Assembly (NCBI GenBank): GCA_963662405.2
Contig: CAXXKT010000001.1
Coordinates: 480,001-544,000, forward strand
Direction: 5' to 3'
Length of the DNA: 64,000 nt
Source: Syntrophales bacterium
GTDB lineage: Bacteria > Desulfobacterota > Syntrophia > Syntrophales > UBA2210
Every line of letters starts with the position of its first letter. Positions within the stretch are counted from its first letter, which is position 1. Positions 55,201 through 64,000 of the stretch are shown here, one piece after another. The notes beneath the pieces are model-generated. The model searched no databases. It saw only the letters and a list, made by a program, of their open reading frames with translations, and had not been told where the DNA came from. The position numbers were made by a program, and so were the translations under genes.

Positions 55201-55509
55201 ATGAAGGCAGCACGAACAGCACTCGTTATTTATACCTGCGTCATGTTCACCGTCCTCGCGCAGGGCTCCCCCGCCGCCGAGAGGACCTATGCCCTCACGG
55301 TATCCGGATGCTGGGGGTGATCGGGAAAGGCCAGGATAAGGTCTATCCTGAAGAAGAGCCCGGGCATTATCGATTTTCAGATGGACGCGGAGAATTCCAC
55401 TATTACTGTACGCTTCGAGGACCAGACGGTGGCGATCGGCGAGATCGTTGAGAAGATCTTGGAACGCAAGTTCGAGGTACAGGCGATGACCGAGCTTGCC
55501 ACCGAATAA
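55201..55509 (+). CDS. putative exported heavy-metal-associated (HMA) domain selenoprotein with a CxxU motif
   Basis: 102 aa if TGA 55318-55320 is read as Sec: signal peptide, then TYALTVSGCWGUSGKARIRSILKKSPGIIDFQMD...ITVRFED; SECIS-like hairpin follows. Confidence 0.8.
55332..55350 (+). promoter_or_regulatory. bacterial SECIS-like hairpin
   Basis: caggata-aggtc-tatcctg begins 11 nt after the TGA. Confidence 0.75.
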
Positions 55510-55558
55510 GGAAGGTCCTTCGCCCCCCCAACAGCGCCGCGCCTTCTCCCGAACAGGA

Positions 55559-56824
55559 TCAGACTCGACCCTGTTCCTCGCCACCTTCGGCCGCCGATCT
55601 GCCCGCGAGCCACCCGGTGGAGAAGGCCGCCTGAAGATTGTATCCTCCCGTGTCGGCATCCACGTCCATGACCTCACCCGCGAAGAAGAGCCCTTCCATG
55701 CGACGCGACGCCATTGTCCGGGGATCAATTTCATTTGTGTTGATTCCTCCGGCCGTTACGATCGCCTCGGCAATGGGGCGGACCCCCGTTACCTCCAAAC
55801 AAACCCCCTTGAGCCACCCCCGCAGGCGTCCCCGTTCTTCCGCGGTGATCTGGTGCCCTCTCCGATCCGGGGGGATATGTACCTGTTCGGCACACAGGGG
55901 AATCAGCTTCGCGGGGAGGAGCCCCTTGAGGAGGGTCTCGAATTTTCGTTTTCCATGGAGATCAAAATCGCGGAGGAGCCGCCCATCCATGGCACGTTCA
56001 TCGAGGGCGGGTTTCAGATCGATGGAAACGGCTACCTTCTTCCCCTCATCGAGGACATCAGCGATCTCTCCGCTCAGGGTAAGGATCACCGGTCCGGAGA
56101 GGCCGAAGTGCGTGAAGAGCATTTCCCCGAATGCCTCGGCGCGTTTTTTCCCCTCGACAAGCATCGTCACATTCACGTTGCGCAGGCTGAGGCCCTGGAG
56201 ACGCGGTGCCACGTCTCCCTTTGTCTCCAAGGGGACGAGGGCGGGACGGGGCGACGCGACGGCATGTCCCACGGAAACAGCGAGACGATAGCCGTCTCCG
56301 GTCGAACCCGTCGCGGGATATGACATCCCCCCTGTCGCGATAATGACGGCGTCTGCCGGGTACTCTTTCCCCCCGGCATCACGGATACCGCGCACCTGCC
56401 GCCCGTCAGTCAGAAGAGATTCAACGACCACCCCGTTACGCACCGTTACGCCCTGCGCGCGCATCCATTGTGTCAAGGCGTCCACCACGTCGTACGCCCG
56501 GCCGCTCGCCGGGAAGACCCTCCCCCCCCGCTCGACGACGGTGGGGACCCCCAGTCCCTCGAAGAATGCCACGAGGTCATTGTTCGAAAAGCGGTGGAAG
56601 GCCTGCCGGAGAAAGGGCCCGGTAGGACCAAAGTGCGAGACGAACTCGACGGTGGAGGCCACGTTGGTGAGGTTGCACCGCCCCTTTCCCGTAATTGCGA
56701 GCTTACGCCCAGGGCGGGGCATCTTCTCCAGGAGGAGTGTCCGTGCCCCCATGGCGGCGGCCTGTCCGGCGGCCATCATGCCGGCCGGCCCCCCTCCGAC
56801 AACTATGACGCCCCTTATTCCCAT
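55559..56824 (-). CDS. HI0933/BaiN family flavoprotein
   Basis: GGGPAG, TGKGRCNLTN, GSTGDGY and TGGYNLQAAFSTG motifs. Confidence 0.93.
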   Translation of the reverse strand: MGIRGVIVVGGGPAGMMAAGQAAAMGARTLLLEKMPRPGRKLAITGKGRCNLTNVASTVEFVSHFGPTGPFLRQAFHRFSNNDLVAFFEGLGVPTVVERGGRVFPASGRAYDVVDALTQWMRAQGVTVRNGVVVESLLTDGRQVRGIRDAGGKEYPADAVIIATGGMSYPATGSTGDGYRLAVSVGHAVASPRPALVPLETKGDVAPRLQGLSLRNVNVTMLVEGKKRAEAFGEMLFTHFGLSGPVILTLSGEIADVLDEGKKVAVSIDLKPALDERAMDGRLLRDFDLHGKRKFETLLKGLLPAKLIPLCAEQVHIPPDRRGHQITAEERGRLRGWLKGVCLEVTGVRPIAEAIVTAGGINTNEIDPRTMASRRMEGLFFAGEVMDVDADTGGYNLQAAFSTGWLAGRSAAEGGEEQGRV

Positions 56825-57531
56825 TGGACGGGATTCTCTATGAACGCCGGGTCTTCCTTCTCTATGATCTCGATGATGTGTTTGTGGAGACGTCTCTTAT
56901 GCTCCCCGAATATCCACCGGCCCTTGGTAAAGGTCCCTGCAAAGGCGATCGCCTCCGCGAGGAGGGTCTCGGGATTTTCACAGGCCTTGACGATGACATG
57001 GCTCTCCTCCAACTCCTTGCCGGTCGCCTTTTTCCCGGTATAGACCAATTCCTCCAGCTTGTAATAGGGCATGGCCTTTTTGATAATGGCAAGCATCGAG
57101 GGGAAAAAAGGGATGTTGATATCGACCTCGGGAAAGCAAAAGTAGCCCCGGTCGGCTCTCATGAACCGGAAATCACAGGCACAGGCCATAATGGTACCAT
57201 CACCGAAGGCGTGCCCGTTGATCGACGCGACCACGGGCATCGGGAATTGAAGGATGCGGGCGAATATCTTCCCCAGGCCATAGGTAAAGTCCTTGACCGC
57301 ATCCATTTCTCCCCGCTGCATGGCCCCCGCGATCCATTCGACATCGATCCCCAGGGACCAGTTCTTCTCATCACTCGAGGTGATGACCACGGAGGAGACC
57401 CCCTCATCAGCCTCGATCTCGTCGAAAACCGCCAGGATCACCCGGTTGAAGTCGGGATTGTGCCGGTTCTCGCCGGTGTTCATCGTCATAACCGCAACCG
57501 TTCCGTCTTTTTTCCACTCGATAATTGCCAT
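56815..57531 (-). CDS. enoyl-CoA hydratase/isomerase family protein
   Basis: PMPVVASINGHAFG and CFPEVDI motifs. Confidence 0.88.
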   Translation of the reverse strand: MAIIEWKKDGTVAVMTMNTGENRHNPDFNRVILAVFDEIEADEGVSSVVITSSDEKNWSLGIDVEWIAGAMQRGEMDAVKDFTYGLGKIFARILQFPMPVVASINGHAFGDGTIMACACDFRFMRADRGYFCFPEVDINIPFFPSMLAIIKKAMPYYKLEELVYTGKKATGKELEESHVIVKACENPETLLAEAIAFAGTFTKGRWIFGEHKRRLHKHIIEIIEKEDPAFIENPVQWE

Positions 57532-57625
57532 GTCCCTGATCTTCCTCCTCGCCTCTGCATAGTGGATTGAGCGGCACCCTTCAGGACCGCAGGTTATCAC
57601 GGTTATCACCAATTCGGGATAACAT

Positions 57626-60319
57626 TCAATGTGCCTCATCCCAGTTCTTCCCGGATGCAATCTGCACCGTGAGGGGAACGTGCAACTCGATCACCCCTTC
57701 CATCTCCCGCCTGACGAGATCCATCACCTCCCGCACCTCAGCCGCGGGGACCTCGAAGACCAGTTCATCGTGCACCTGCATGATCATCCGGGCGGCCAGT
57801 TTCCGCTCTTCGATTTCCTCTGCAATACGCAACATCGCGACCTTGATCAGGTCGGCCGCGGTTCCCTGTATGGGGGTGTTAACGGCCGTTCGTTCGGCGA
57901 ACTGACGCACCGGGGCATTCGCACTGTTGATCTCCGGGAGATATCGGCGGCGATTCAGAAGGGTCGTGACAAATCCCTTTGTGCGCGCCTCTGCCAGCGT
58001 CCGATCGAGGTAGGCGCGGACGCCGGAGAAACGTGAGAAGTAGCCGTCGATATAGGCCTGTGCCCGCTTCTGGCTGATGCCCAATTCCCGGGCGAGGCCG
58101 AAGGCGCTCATCCCGTAGATGACGCCGAAGTTGATCACCTTCGCCTGCCGACGCATCTCTTCACTGACCATCCCCGGGAAGACACCGAATATGTCGGAGG
58201 CCGTTTTCGTGTGAACATCCTCTCCCGATCGGAAGGCCTCGATCAGTAATTCGTCTCCGGAGAGGTGCGCCAGGATACGCAGCTCTATCTGGGAGTAGTC
58301 GGCGGAGACGATCGCGCATCCTGCGGGGGCGATGAAGGCCTGCCGGATCCGTTTCCCTTCGGCCGTTCGGATGGGGATGTTCTGGAGGTTGGGGTTACTA
58401 CTTGAAAGCCTCCCCGTTGCCGTCGCCGTCTGGTTGTACGAGGTATGCACCCGCCCCGTCTCCGGATTGACGAGGAGGGGAAGGGCGTCGACATAGGTCG
58501 ACTTGAGCTTCATCAGGCTCCGGTAGGCGAGGATCTCCGCCGGGAGTTCGTAGGACCGCGCGAGGTTCGTCAGGACATCCACGTCCGTCGAGTACCCTGC
58601 CTTTGTCTTTCTTCCCCGGGGAAGACCAAGCTTTTCGAAGAGTATCACCTGGAGCTGTTTCGGCGAGTTAATGTTGAATTTTTCCCCCGCCAGGTGATAG
58701 ATTTTCTCCTCCGAGATCCCCAGAAGCTGCCCCAGTTGCCCCGACATCTCCGCCAAGAGATCCCCGTCGAGGAGGACCCCTTTCTCCTCCATCGCGGCAA
58801 GGACCCCGACGAGGGGCATCTCCACGTCGTCGAAGAGATTCGTGAGCTCCGCCTCTTCCATCCGTTCGGCAAGCACGGGAGCAAGCCGGAAGATAAAATC
58901 CGCCCGCCGGCAGGCATACGGAATCACATTATCGACAGGAACGTTCTCAAAGGGGATCTCCTTCGCGCCGCTTCCCGTCAGATCCTTCCGCGAAGGGATG
59001 ATGAGACCGTACTGTCCCTGGACCAGATCGGTCAGATCATACCCCCGTCGCGAAGGATCGAGGATATAGGCGGCCACCATGACATCCGCCGCCACGCCCC
59101 GCAGCACGATTCCCCTGCGCCCGAGGGCGAGGGCCGCCGCCTTCATATTGTGCCCATACTTGTTCAGCGTATCATCGGAGAGAAGCCGTCCGATCTCCGC
59201 CAGCGCTCTGTCCGCATCACGCTGCTCCCGTCCCTCCCCTTCCGGGTGGGCCACCAGGGGGATATAGGAGGCCTTTCCCGTTTCCGAGCAGAGGGAAACG
59301 CCCGCGATCCCGGCCCGCGACGGCTCATCGGAGGTCAGCTGCAGGTCAAAGGAAAATCCACCGGCACTGCGCAACTCACCGAGGAGAGCGGCACGTTCCC
59401 GGGCATCAGTGACCAGGCGGTAATCCGCGGCTCCCGTCTCCTCTCTCGATCCGTCCTCCCCCAGGCGTGCAACGAGACCGGGGAATTCGAACCGTCGAAA
59501 GATCTCCTTCAGCGTCTCCACGTCGGGCTCTCTGAACCGGAGGTCTTCCAGATTGAAGGGAACCGATACATCCGTCCTGATCGTGACCAGTTCCTTGCTC
59601 ATTCGCGCCTGTTCGGCGAAGGTCTGCAGTTTTCCGCTCAGGCTTTTCCCGGGAACCGTTCCGGCATTGGCCAGGACCTCCTCGAGAGAGCCGAACTGTT
59701 TTACCAGCTTGAGGGCCGTCTTCTCTCCCACGCCGGGGACCCCGGGGACATTATCCGATGAGTCACCCGCCAGCCCCAGTATATCGATCACCCGGTCCGG
59801 CCCCACGCCGAAACGGCCTTTAACACCCTCGATGTCATAGGAGATATCCTTCATGGTATCAACCATCACGATGTTGTCCGAGACGAGTTGCATCAGGTCC
59901 TTGTCTCCGGAGGCCATGACCACCCGCATCCCCGCCTCGCCAAACCGCTTCGCCAGGGTGCCGATGATATCATCCGCCTCGACCCCACCTTCTTCAATAA
60001 CGGTGATGCGAAAACCGCGGACGACATCCTTGATGGGATCGATCTGGGGACGAAGTTCGTCCGGCATGGCATGGCGGTTTGCCTTGTACGGTTCGTACGC
60101 CTCGTGCCGGAACGTGGGGCCCTTCGCGTCAAAGGCGACGGCGATATAGTCCGGTGCCCAGTCGCGGCACAGCTTCATCAGCATATTGGTAAAACCGTAG
60201 ATTGCGTTGGTGGGAAATCCCCGTGAGGTGGCAAGCCCGCGAATGGCAAAAAAGGCCCGATAGATATAATTTGTGCCGTCTATGAGAAATACGGAGGGTT
60301 GTGTTTTTTGTTCAGCCAT
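57626..60319 (-). CDS. polA: DNA polymerase I
   Basis: 5'-3' exonuclease EADD; ADYSQIELR, INFGVIYG and QVHDEL motifs. Confidence 0.98.
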   Translation of the reverse strand: MAEQKTQPSVFLIDGTNYIYRAFFAIRGLATSRGFPTNAIYGFTNMLMKLCRDWAPDYIAVAFDAKGPTFRHEAYEPYKANRHAMPDELRPQIDPIKDVVRGFRITVIEEGGVEADDIIGTLAKRFGEAGMRVVMASGDKDLMQLVSDNIVMVDTMKDISYDIEGVKGRFGVGPDRVIDILGLAGDSSDNVPGVPGVGEKTALKLVKQFGSLEEVLANAGTVPGKSLSGKLQTFAEQARMSKELVTIRTDVSVPFNLEDLRFREPDVETLKEIFRRFEFPGLVARLGEDGSREETGAADYRLVTDARERAALLGELRSAGGFSFDLQLTSDEPSRAGIAGVSLCSETGKASYIPLVAHPEGEGREQRDADRALAEIGRLLSDDTLNKYGHNMKAAALALGRRGIVLRGVAADVMVAAYILDPSRRGYDLTDLVQGQYGLIIPSRKDLTGSGAKEIPFENVPVDNVIPYACRRADFIFRLAPVLAERMEEAELTNLFDDVEMPLVGVLAAMEEKGVLLDGDLLAEMSGQLGQLLGISEEKIYHLAGEKFNINSPKQLQVILFEKLGLPRGRKTKAGYSTDVDVLTNLARSYELPAEILAYRSLMKLKSTYVDALPLLVNPETGRVHTSYNQTATATGRLSSSNPNLQNIPIRTAEGKRIRQAFIAPAGCAIVSADYSQIELRILAHLSGDELLIEAFRSGEDVHTKTASDIFGVFPGMVSEEMRRQAKVINFGVIYGMSAFGLARELGISQKRAQAYIDGYFSRFSGVRAYLDRTLAEARTKGFVTTLLNRRRYLPEINSANAPVRQFAERTAVNTPIQGTAADLIKVAMLRIAEEIEERKLAARMIMQVHDELVFEVPAAEVREVMDLVRREMEGVIELHVPLTVQIASGKNWDEAH

Positions 60320-60572
60320 ATCATTCGGGGTTCCGTCATAGAAACTGTCGCGCAGGGCTTCCGGAAGCGTTCGGTCGCCGGGGACTCCCCGACACAGACT
60401 GCCGACAACAACTCGTCTCTTTCATAGCACCAAACGCATTCCGGGGCAAGCTGCCGTTTCCACCACCCCAGGCAGCATCGCGCACGCAACCTGTGAGCAG
60501 GCGATTTTCCCCCGTGGACACGGATGAGGCATGATCTTTCCACGGGGATGCACAGAGGGGGATGGGGGCTCC

Positions 60573-61550
60573 TCAAAGATCCGATTCTTCCCGGGCAAGG
60601 ACCGTTTGAGCGGCGTGAACCGGTCTGAAACCGGTATCGTGCATTCTCCCGCAATCGAAAACAAGATCATGAAAAAGTTTCCCGTAATACGACATAAAAC
60701 GGGTTCTTCCGGACGGGAAAAGGGCACCCGCCGTGACAACGAACGCAGAGGCCAGCCCGCGAGGGACCGTGATGCAGGGTTTTGTACCGCCACGTGTCTG
60801 ACGGCTGATTATATGACGTACTTCGTCAAAACGATAGGGGTGCGCATCACAAACGTGGAATACTTCCGGCCCCCGTGCGTCCCGGTGCGAGGCGAGGAAA
60901 GAAACGAAATCGATGAGATTCGGCAACGCGAGGGCGGAAAACAGCTGGGTTCCCGTTCCATATCGGACAAACAGGTTTCCGACGGGAGACTTGACCCGGT
61001 TGCGAAAGGCACGGATATCGCTCTTGTCATACAGAGGCGGGAGGCGAAGAATCGTCAACCCGCGCAATACATCGTTCCGCGCCAATACAGTCAGTGCGCA
61101 TTCACCGAGGTACTTGCTTTTCGCATATTCCGTCAACGGATTGCACGGATGGTCCTCATTGATCGGTATCGTCCCAGGCGATTCCCCGTACACGGCGGTT
61201 GTGGAGAGGTAGACAAAACGAACGGCGGGATTCGCAGAAACGGCCGCACGAGCGAGTCGCTCAGTCCCTTCTTCATTGATCGTCCGGTACCGGCGTAATC
61301 GGATGGGGACACGAGACCGTTCGCTTACGGCAGCGGCGTGAACGACAATGTCAGCCTTGATATCATGGCAGACAGCTGTGATTTCCGCTCCGTCGTTCAA
61401 ATCCATATGGCGGTAGTCGAGCGATGCATCGCTCTCTGCAACCGGTCTGTTCGCACAGTACGTCCCGGAGACAGCAAACGTCGAGGGCAACCCCGTCAAT
61501 AGCGCCGATCCAACGAAACCGCTCGCACCGGTGACTAAAACACGTTTCAT
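60573..61550 (-). CDS. NAD-dependent epimerase/dehydratase
   Basis: TGASGFVG and YAKSK motifs. Confidence 0.88.
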   Translation of the reverse strand: MKRVLVTGASGFVGSALLTGLPSTFAVSGTYCANRPVAESDASLDYRHMDLNDGAEITAVCHDIKADIVVHAAAVSERSRVPIRLRRYRTINEEGTERLARAAVSANPAVRFVYLSTTAVYGESPGTIPINEDHPCNPLTEYAKSKYLGECALTVLARNDVLRGLTILRLPPLYDKSDIRAFRNRVKSPVGNLFVRYGTGTQLFSALALPNLIDFVSFLASHRDARGPEVFHVCDAHPYRFDEVRHIISRQTRGGTKPCITVPRGLASAFVVTAGALFPSGRTRFMSYYGKLFHDLVFDCGRMHDTGFRPVHAAQTVLAREESDL

Positions 61551-62461
61551 CGTTCAGCGCCTCCACCCCGGGGACCGATCGGGACACGGCGCATCATTGC
61601 AAGACCGGCGACCACCAGGAACCTCAGCGCAAGGCCTGCACAGACGAGAGGGGCGGTCATGACGAGGGGCATACGTGCATATTTTTCATAGTAACGGAAA
61701 AAGCTGATGTGGAAGGTCAACAACGATTTCATAATCTTGGTTTCGCTGCTCGCGCCGACACGGTGAACGATTGTCGCCCGAGGATAATAGACGACACGCC
61801 ATCCGCCGTCGCGCATGCGCCGGCACCAGTCGACATCCTCCCAATATACAAAAAATCGCTCATCCACCTTGCCAACGGTGGAAACAGCTGATCGTCGTAC
61901 CAGCATGCAGGCCCCCGAGACCCATTCCACGTCCATGGGCGAAACCCCATCGGAACTCAAGACCGGCATGCTCTTCCTGGCCAAAGGGGATCGCGGGAAA
62001 AACCGGGTTAAGAGCGATGTTCGCCCGAAGAGAAGTGTCGAAAAGGTCGGAAAGGAACGCGCAGACCCCTGGAGTGATCCATCCTCATTGAGCACCTTCG
62101 GTCCGAGGATAGCGATGCGGGGATGTGCCACCATAAAATCGATCATGTTCTCAAAGAACCCGGGGGTAACCACCGTGTCGGGATTCATGACCATGATGAA
62201 ATCGGCCGACCCCCGTGACAGACCATCATTGACCGCCCGGGCAAAACCGGCGTTATATGGGTTTTTCATCAATTCGACCACCGGAAACCGCCGTGAAACG
62301 CGGTCCACATCATCGTGTGATACGTTATCGACGACGATGATGTGCATCTCGTATCCCATACCGTGACGATCAATGGAAGAAAGACATGCCACCAGTTCAT
62401 CGGTGCTGTTGTGGTTGACTATCACGATATCCAAGGGAATCGAATGTGTATTTTTCATCAT
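61547..62461 (-). CDS. GT2 glycosyltransferase (WbbL-like)
   Basis: VVDN, GFARAVN, NPD, WVSGAC and YWEDVDWC motifs. Confidence 0.9.
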   Translation of the reverse strand: MMKNTHSIPLDIVIVNHNSTDELVACLSSIDRHGMGYEMHIIVVDNVSHDDVDRVSRRFPVVELMKNPYNAGFARAVNDGLSRGSADFIMVMNPDTVVTPGFFENMIDFMVAHPRIAILGPKVLNEDGSLQGSARSFPTFSTLLFGRTSLLTRFFPRSPLARKSMPVLSSDGVSPMDVEWVSGACMLVRRSAVSTVGKVDERFFVYWEDVDWCRRMRDGGWRVVYYPRATIVHRVGASSETKIMKSLLTFHISFFRYYEKYARMPLVMTAPLVCAGLALRFLVVAGLAMMRRVPIGPRGGGAER

Positions 62462-62523
62462 GTCAGAACATCCATATGGTGCCGATAGAGACCTCCTCGT
62501 TTATCATTCGATGGGGTCAATAG

Positions 62524-62699
62524 CAACCGCTCAGCTAAATGTAGCAATGTGAGTCTCTTATGTGCTATCTTCTTCTTGGCAGTCATCTCCTTCCTCCTTT
62601 GGTCTTTTGGTGTTTCTTGGTAAAAACATCCAAGCCAAAGAGAAAACTGACTGCCACTACTGTTACCCCCAACGGCAGGGAGAACGGTTAGTTCTTACA
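62524..62699 (-). mobile_element. IS481-family left-end remnant
   Basis: TGT-starting end (tgtaagaactaacc on the minus strand), strong RBS, and MTAKKKIAHKRLTLLHLAERL, which resembles IS481 transposase N-termini and then truncates. Confidence 0.6.
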
Positions 62700-63050
62700 C
62701 CTAATTGTAAATTTATAAACACAAAAGAATGATCATATCGAAATGGGCACTATTTTACAAACAAATCTCCTATGCTATCATTTGGAGCGGTAATACCTTA
62801 GAGTATCGCAGGGTATTTCCTAAAAAAAGCCATCCCTTTAAATGATCTAATTCGCCCCTGAATCTTCCCTTGTTTTCCATGATATTATAGCATATGGTAG
62901 GTGGAAACGTGTAAGATAGAAGATTTTTGCAAACACGTTGCGAATAATAGATCGATCTTATTCCAAGATATAAGAGAAATCTGATTTGATAAATCTTATC
63001 AATTGATACCGTTCAATACAAAGCAATAATTAGCCCAACCTATCGCTTAA

Positions 63051-64000
63051 ATGCCTAGAATTGTTAACATTCAACTCTTAAGAGCCATCGCTGCTTTAGC
63101 TATAGTCTTTTACCACACTGCGGGTCACTATTATGCAATTGGTGGTCAGACTCATGGAAATTTATTTAGTTTTTTCGGAAAATACGGGTTTGCTGGGGTC
63201 GATGTCTTTTTTGTCATCAGTGGATATATAATCTGGATTACCACGAGGGAAACCAATGGCTTAAAAGATATCGTCGCCTTCATTTATTCAAGATTAACGC
63301 GAATATATCTCGGGTACTGGCCATTTTTCATAATTCTTCTTTTGCTCGCTTATCTCCTAGCACCAGCGATATTGAACAAAGCAAATTTATTTGAATCGTT
63401 TTTTCTCACATACCATTCAACTTCGAAATCATTATTAAAAATAACGTGGACGTTGCAATATGAGCTTTATTTCTACTTTTCTTTTGCATTGTTTCTTCTC
63501 CTGCCGAAGAAATGGTCTCTCAAAATATTATTGCTGTTTGTTTTTATTATTGTCGCCTCTCAAGCTTATGCTATTTTGCACTTAGATATTTACGCTAAAA
63601 AAAATTTCAACTCAGCCTCTTCCTTGTATACATTCTGCCTGTCACCTTTTTTTCTCGAGTTTATAGCTGGTTGCTTTATCGGCATATATTTTGAGCGTCA
63701 TCGCATATCAAGCATACGAGCACTTCTCTCTATATTTGTTGTTCTTGTTTTGATGGTGTACTTCTATCAGGAATTTTACATTGCAGGGTCTCTCGCTCAG
63801 GGATACTATCGCCCGGAACGTATTTTCTTTTATGGTTCGATATCTGCGTTAATGCTCGCCGTTTTACTTGAAATGGAAAAGAGGAGTATTCAAATATTAC
63901 CTAAGTTCTCGTTGCTATTCGGAGGGGCATCATATGCTTTATTCCTCGCTCACCCCATTTTCCTCTTCGCATTTTACCAAACAGGGATAAGAAATAGAAT
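63051..64000 (+). CDS. acyltransferase-3 (OafA-like) membrane O-acyltransferase, runs off the window
   Basis: Manual translation IQLLRAIAALAIVFYH...GVDVFFVISG, with a later WTLQYE motif; AT-rich. Confidence 0.88.
   Translation, partial: MPRIVNIQLLRAIAALAIVFYHTAGHYYAIGGQTHGNLFSFFGKYGFAGVDVFFVISGYIIWITTRETNGLKDIVAFIYSRLTRIYLGYWPFFIILLLLAYLLAPAILNKANLFESFFLTYHSTSKSLLKITWTLQYELYFYFSFALFLLLPKKWSLKILLLFVFIIVASQAYAILHLDIYAKKNFNSASSLYTFCLSPFFLEFIAGCFIGIYFERHRISSIRALLSIFVVLVLMVYFYQEFYIAGSLAQGYYRPERIFFYGSISALMLAVLLEMEKRSIQILPKFSLLFGGASYALFLAHPIFLFAFYQTGIRNR

Noticed and set aside
55122..55451. 109-aa ORF from the track spanning the ppiD end
   Set aside because: Overlaps ppiD out of frame; the TGA-readthrough frame from 55201 gives a coherent HMA protein instead.

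Overview
GC-rich bacterial chromosome segment whose gene content suggests Desulfobacterota/Syntrophales-like Deltaproteobacteria (inference). Most of it is housekeeping: ade, rne, tsaC, murJ, hrpA, dapA, amidase, glpK, alaS-recX-recA-thpR-cinA-pgpA, the atpF'FHAGDC part of ATP synthase, mreBCD-mrdA-rodA-bactofilin, ppiD and polA. An accessory region lies after hrpA (about 11.1-19.6 kb) and an AT-rich surface-polysaccharide region starts at the right end. The main signals the ORF track misses are: (1) a probably exported HMA-fold protein with an in-frame TGA forming CxxU and a SECIS-like hairpin (55201-55509); (2) a Lys-codon leader peptide plus terminator/antiterminator upstream of dapA; (3) a diverged duplicate of the hrpA 3' end bracketing an AbiE toxin-antitoxin pair, followed by an AT-rich EEP-nuclease + hypothetical pair (candidate defence system); (4) REP-like palindromes at successive gene boundaries of the accessory region; (5) an IS481-like left-end remnant. 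No rRNA, tRNA or CRISPR array was seen. All calls come from reading the sequence by eye; no searches were run.
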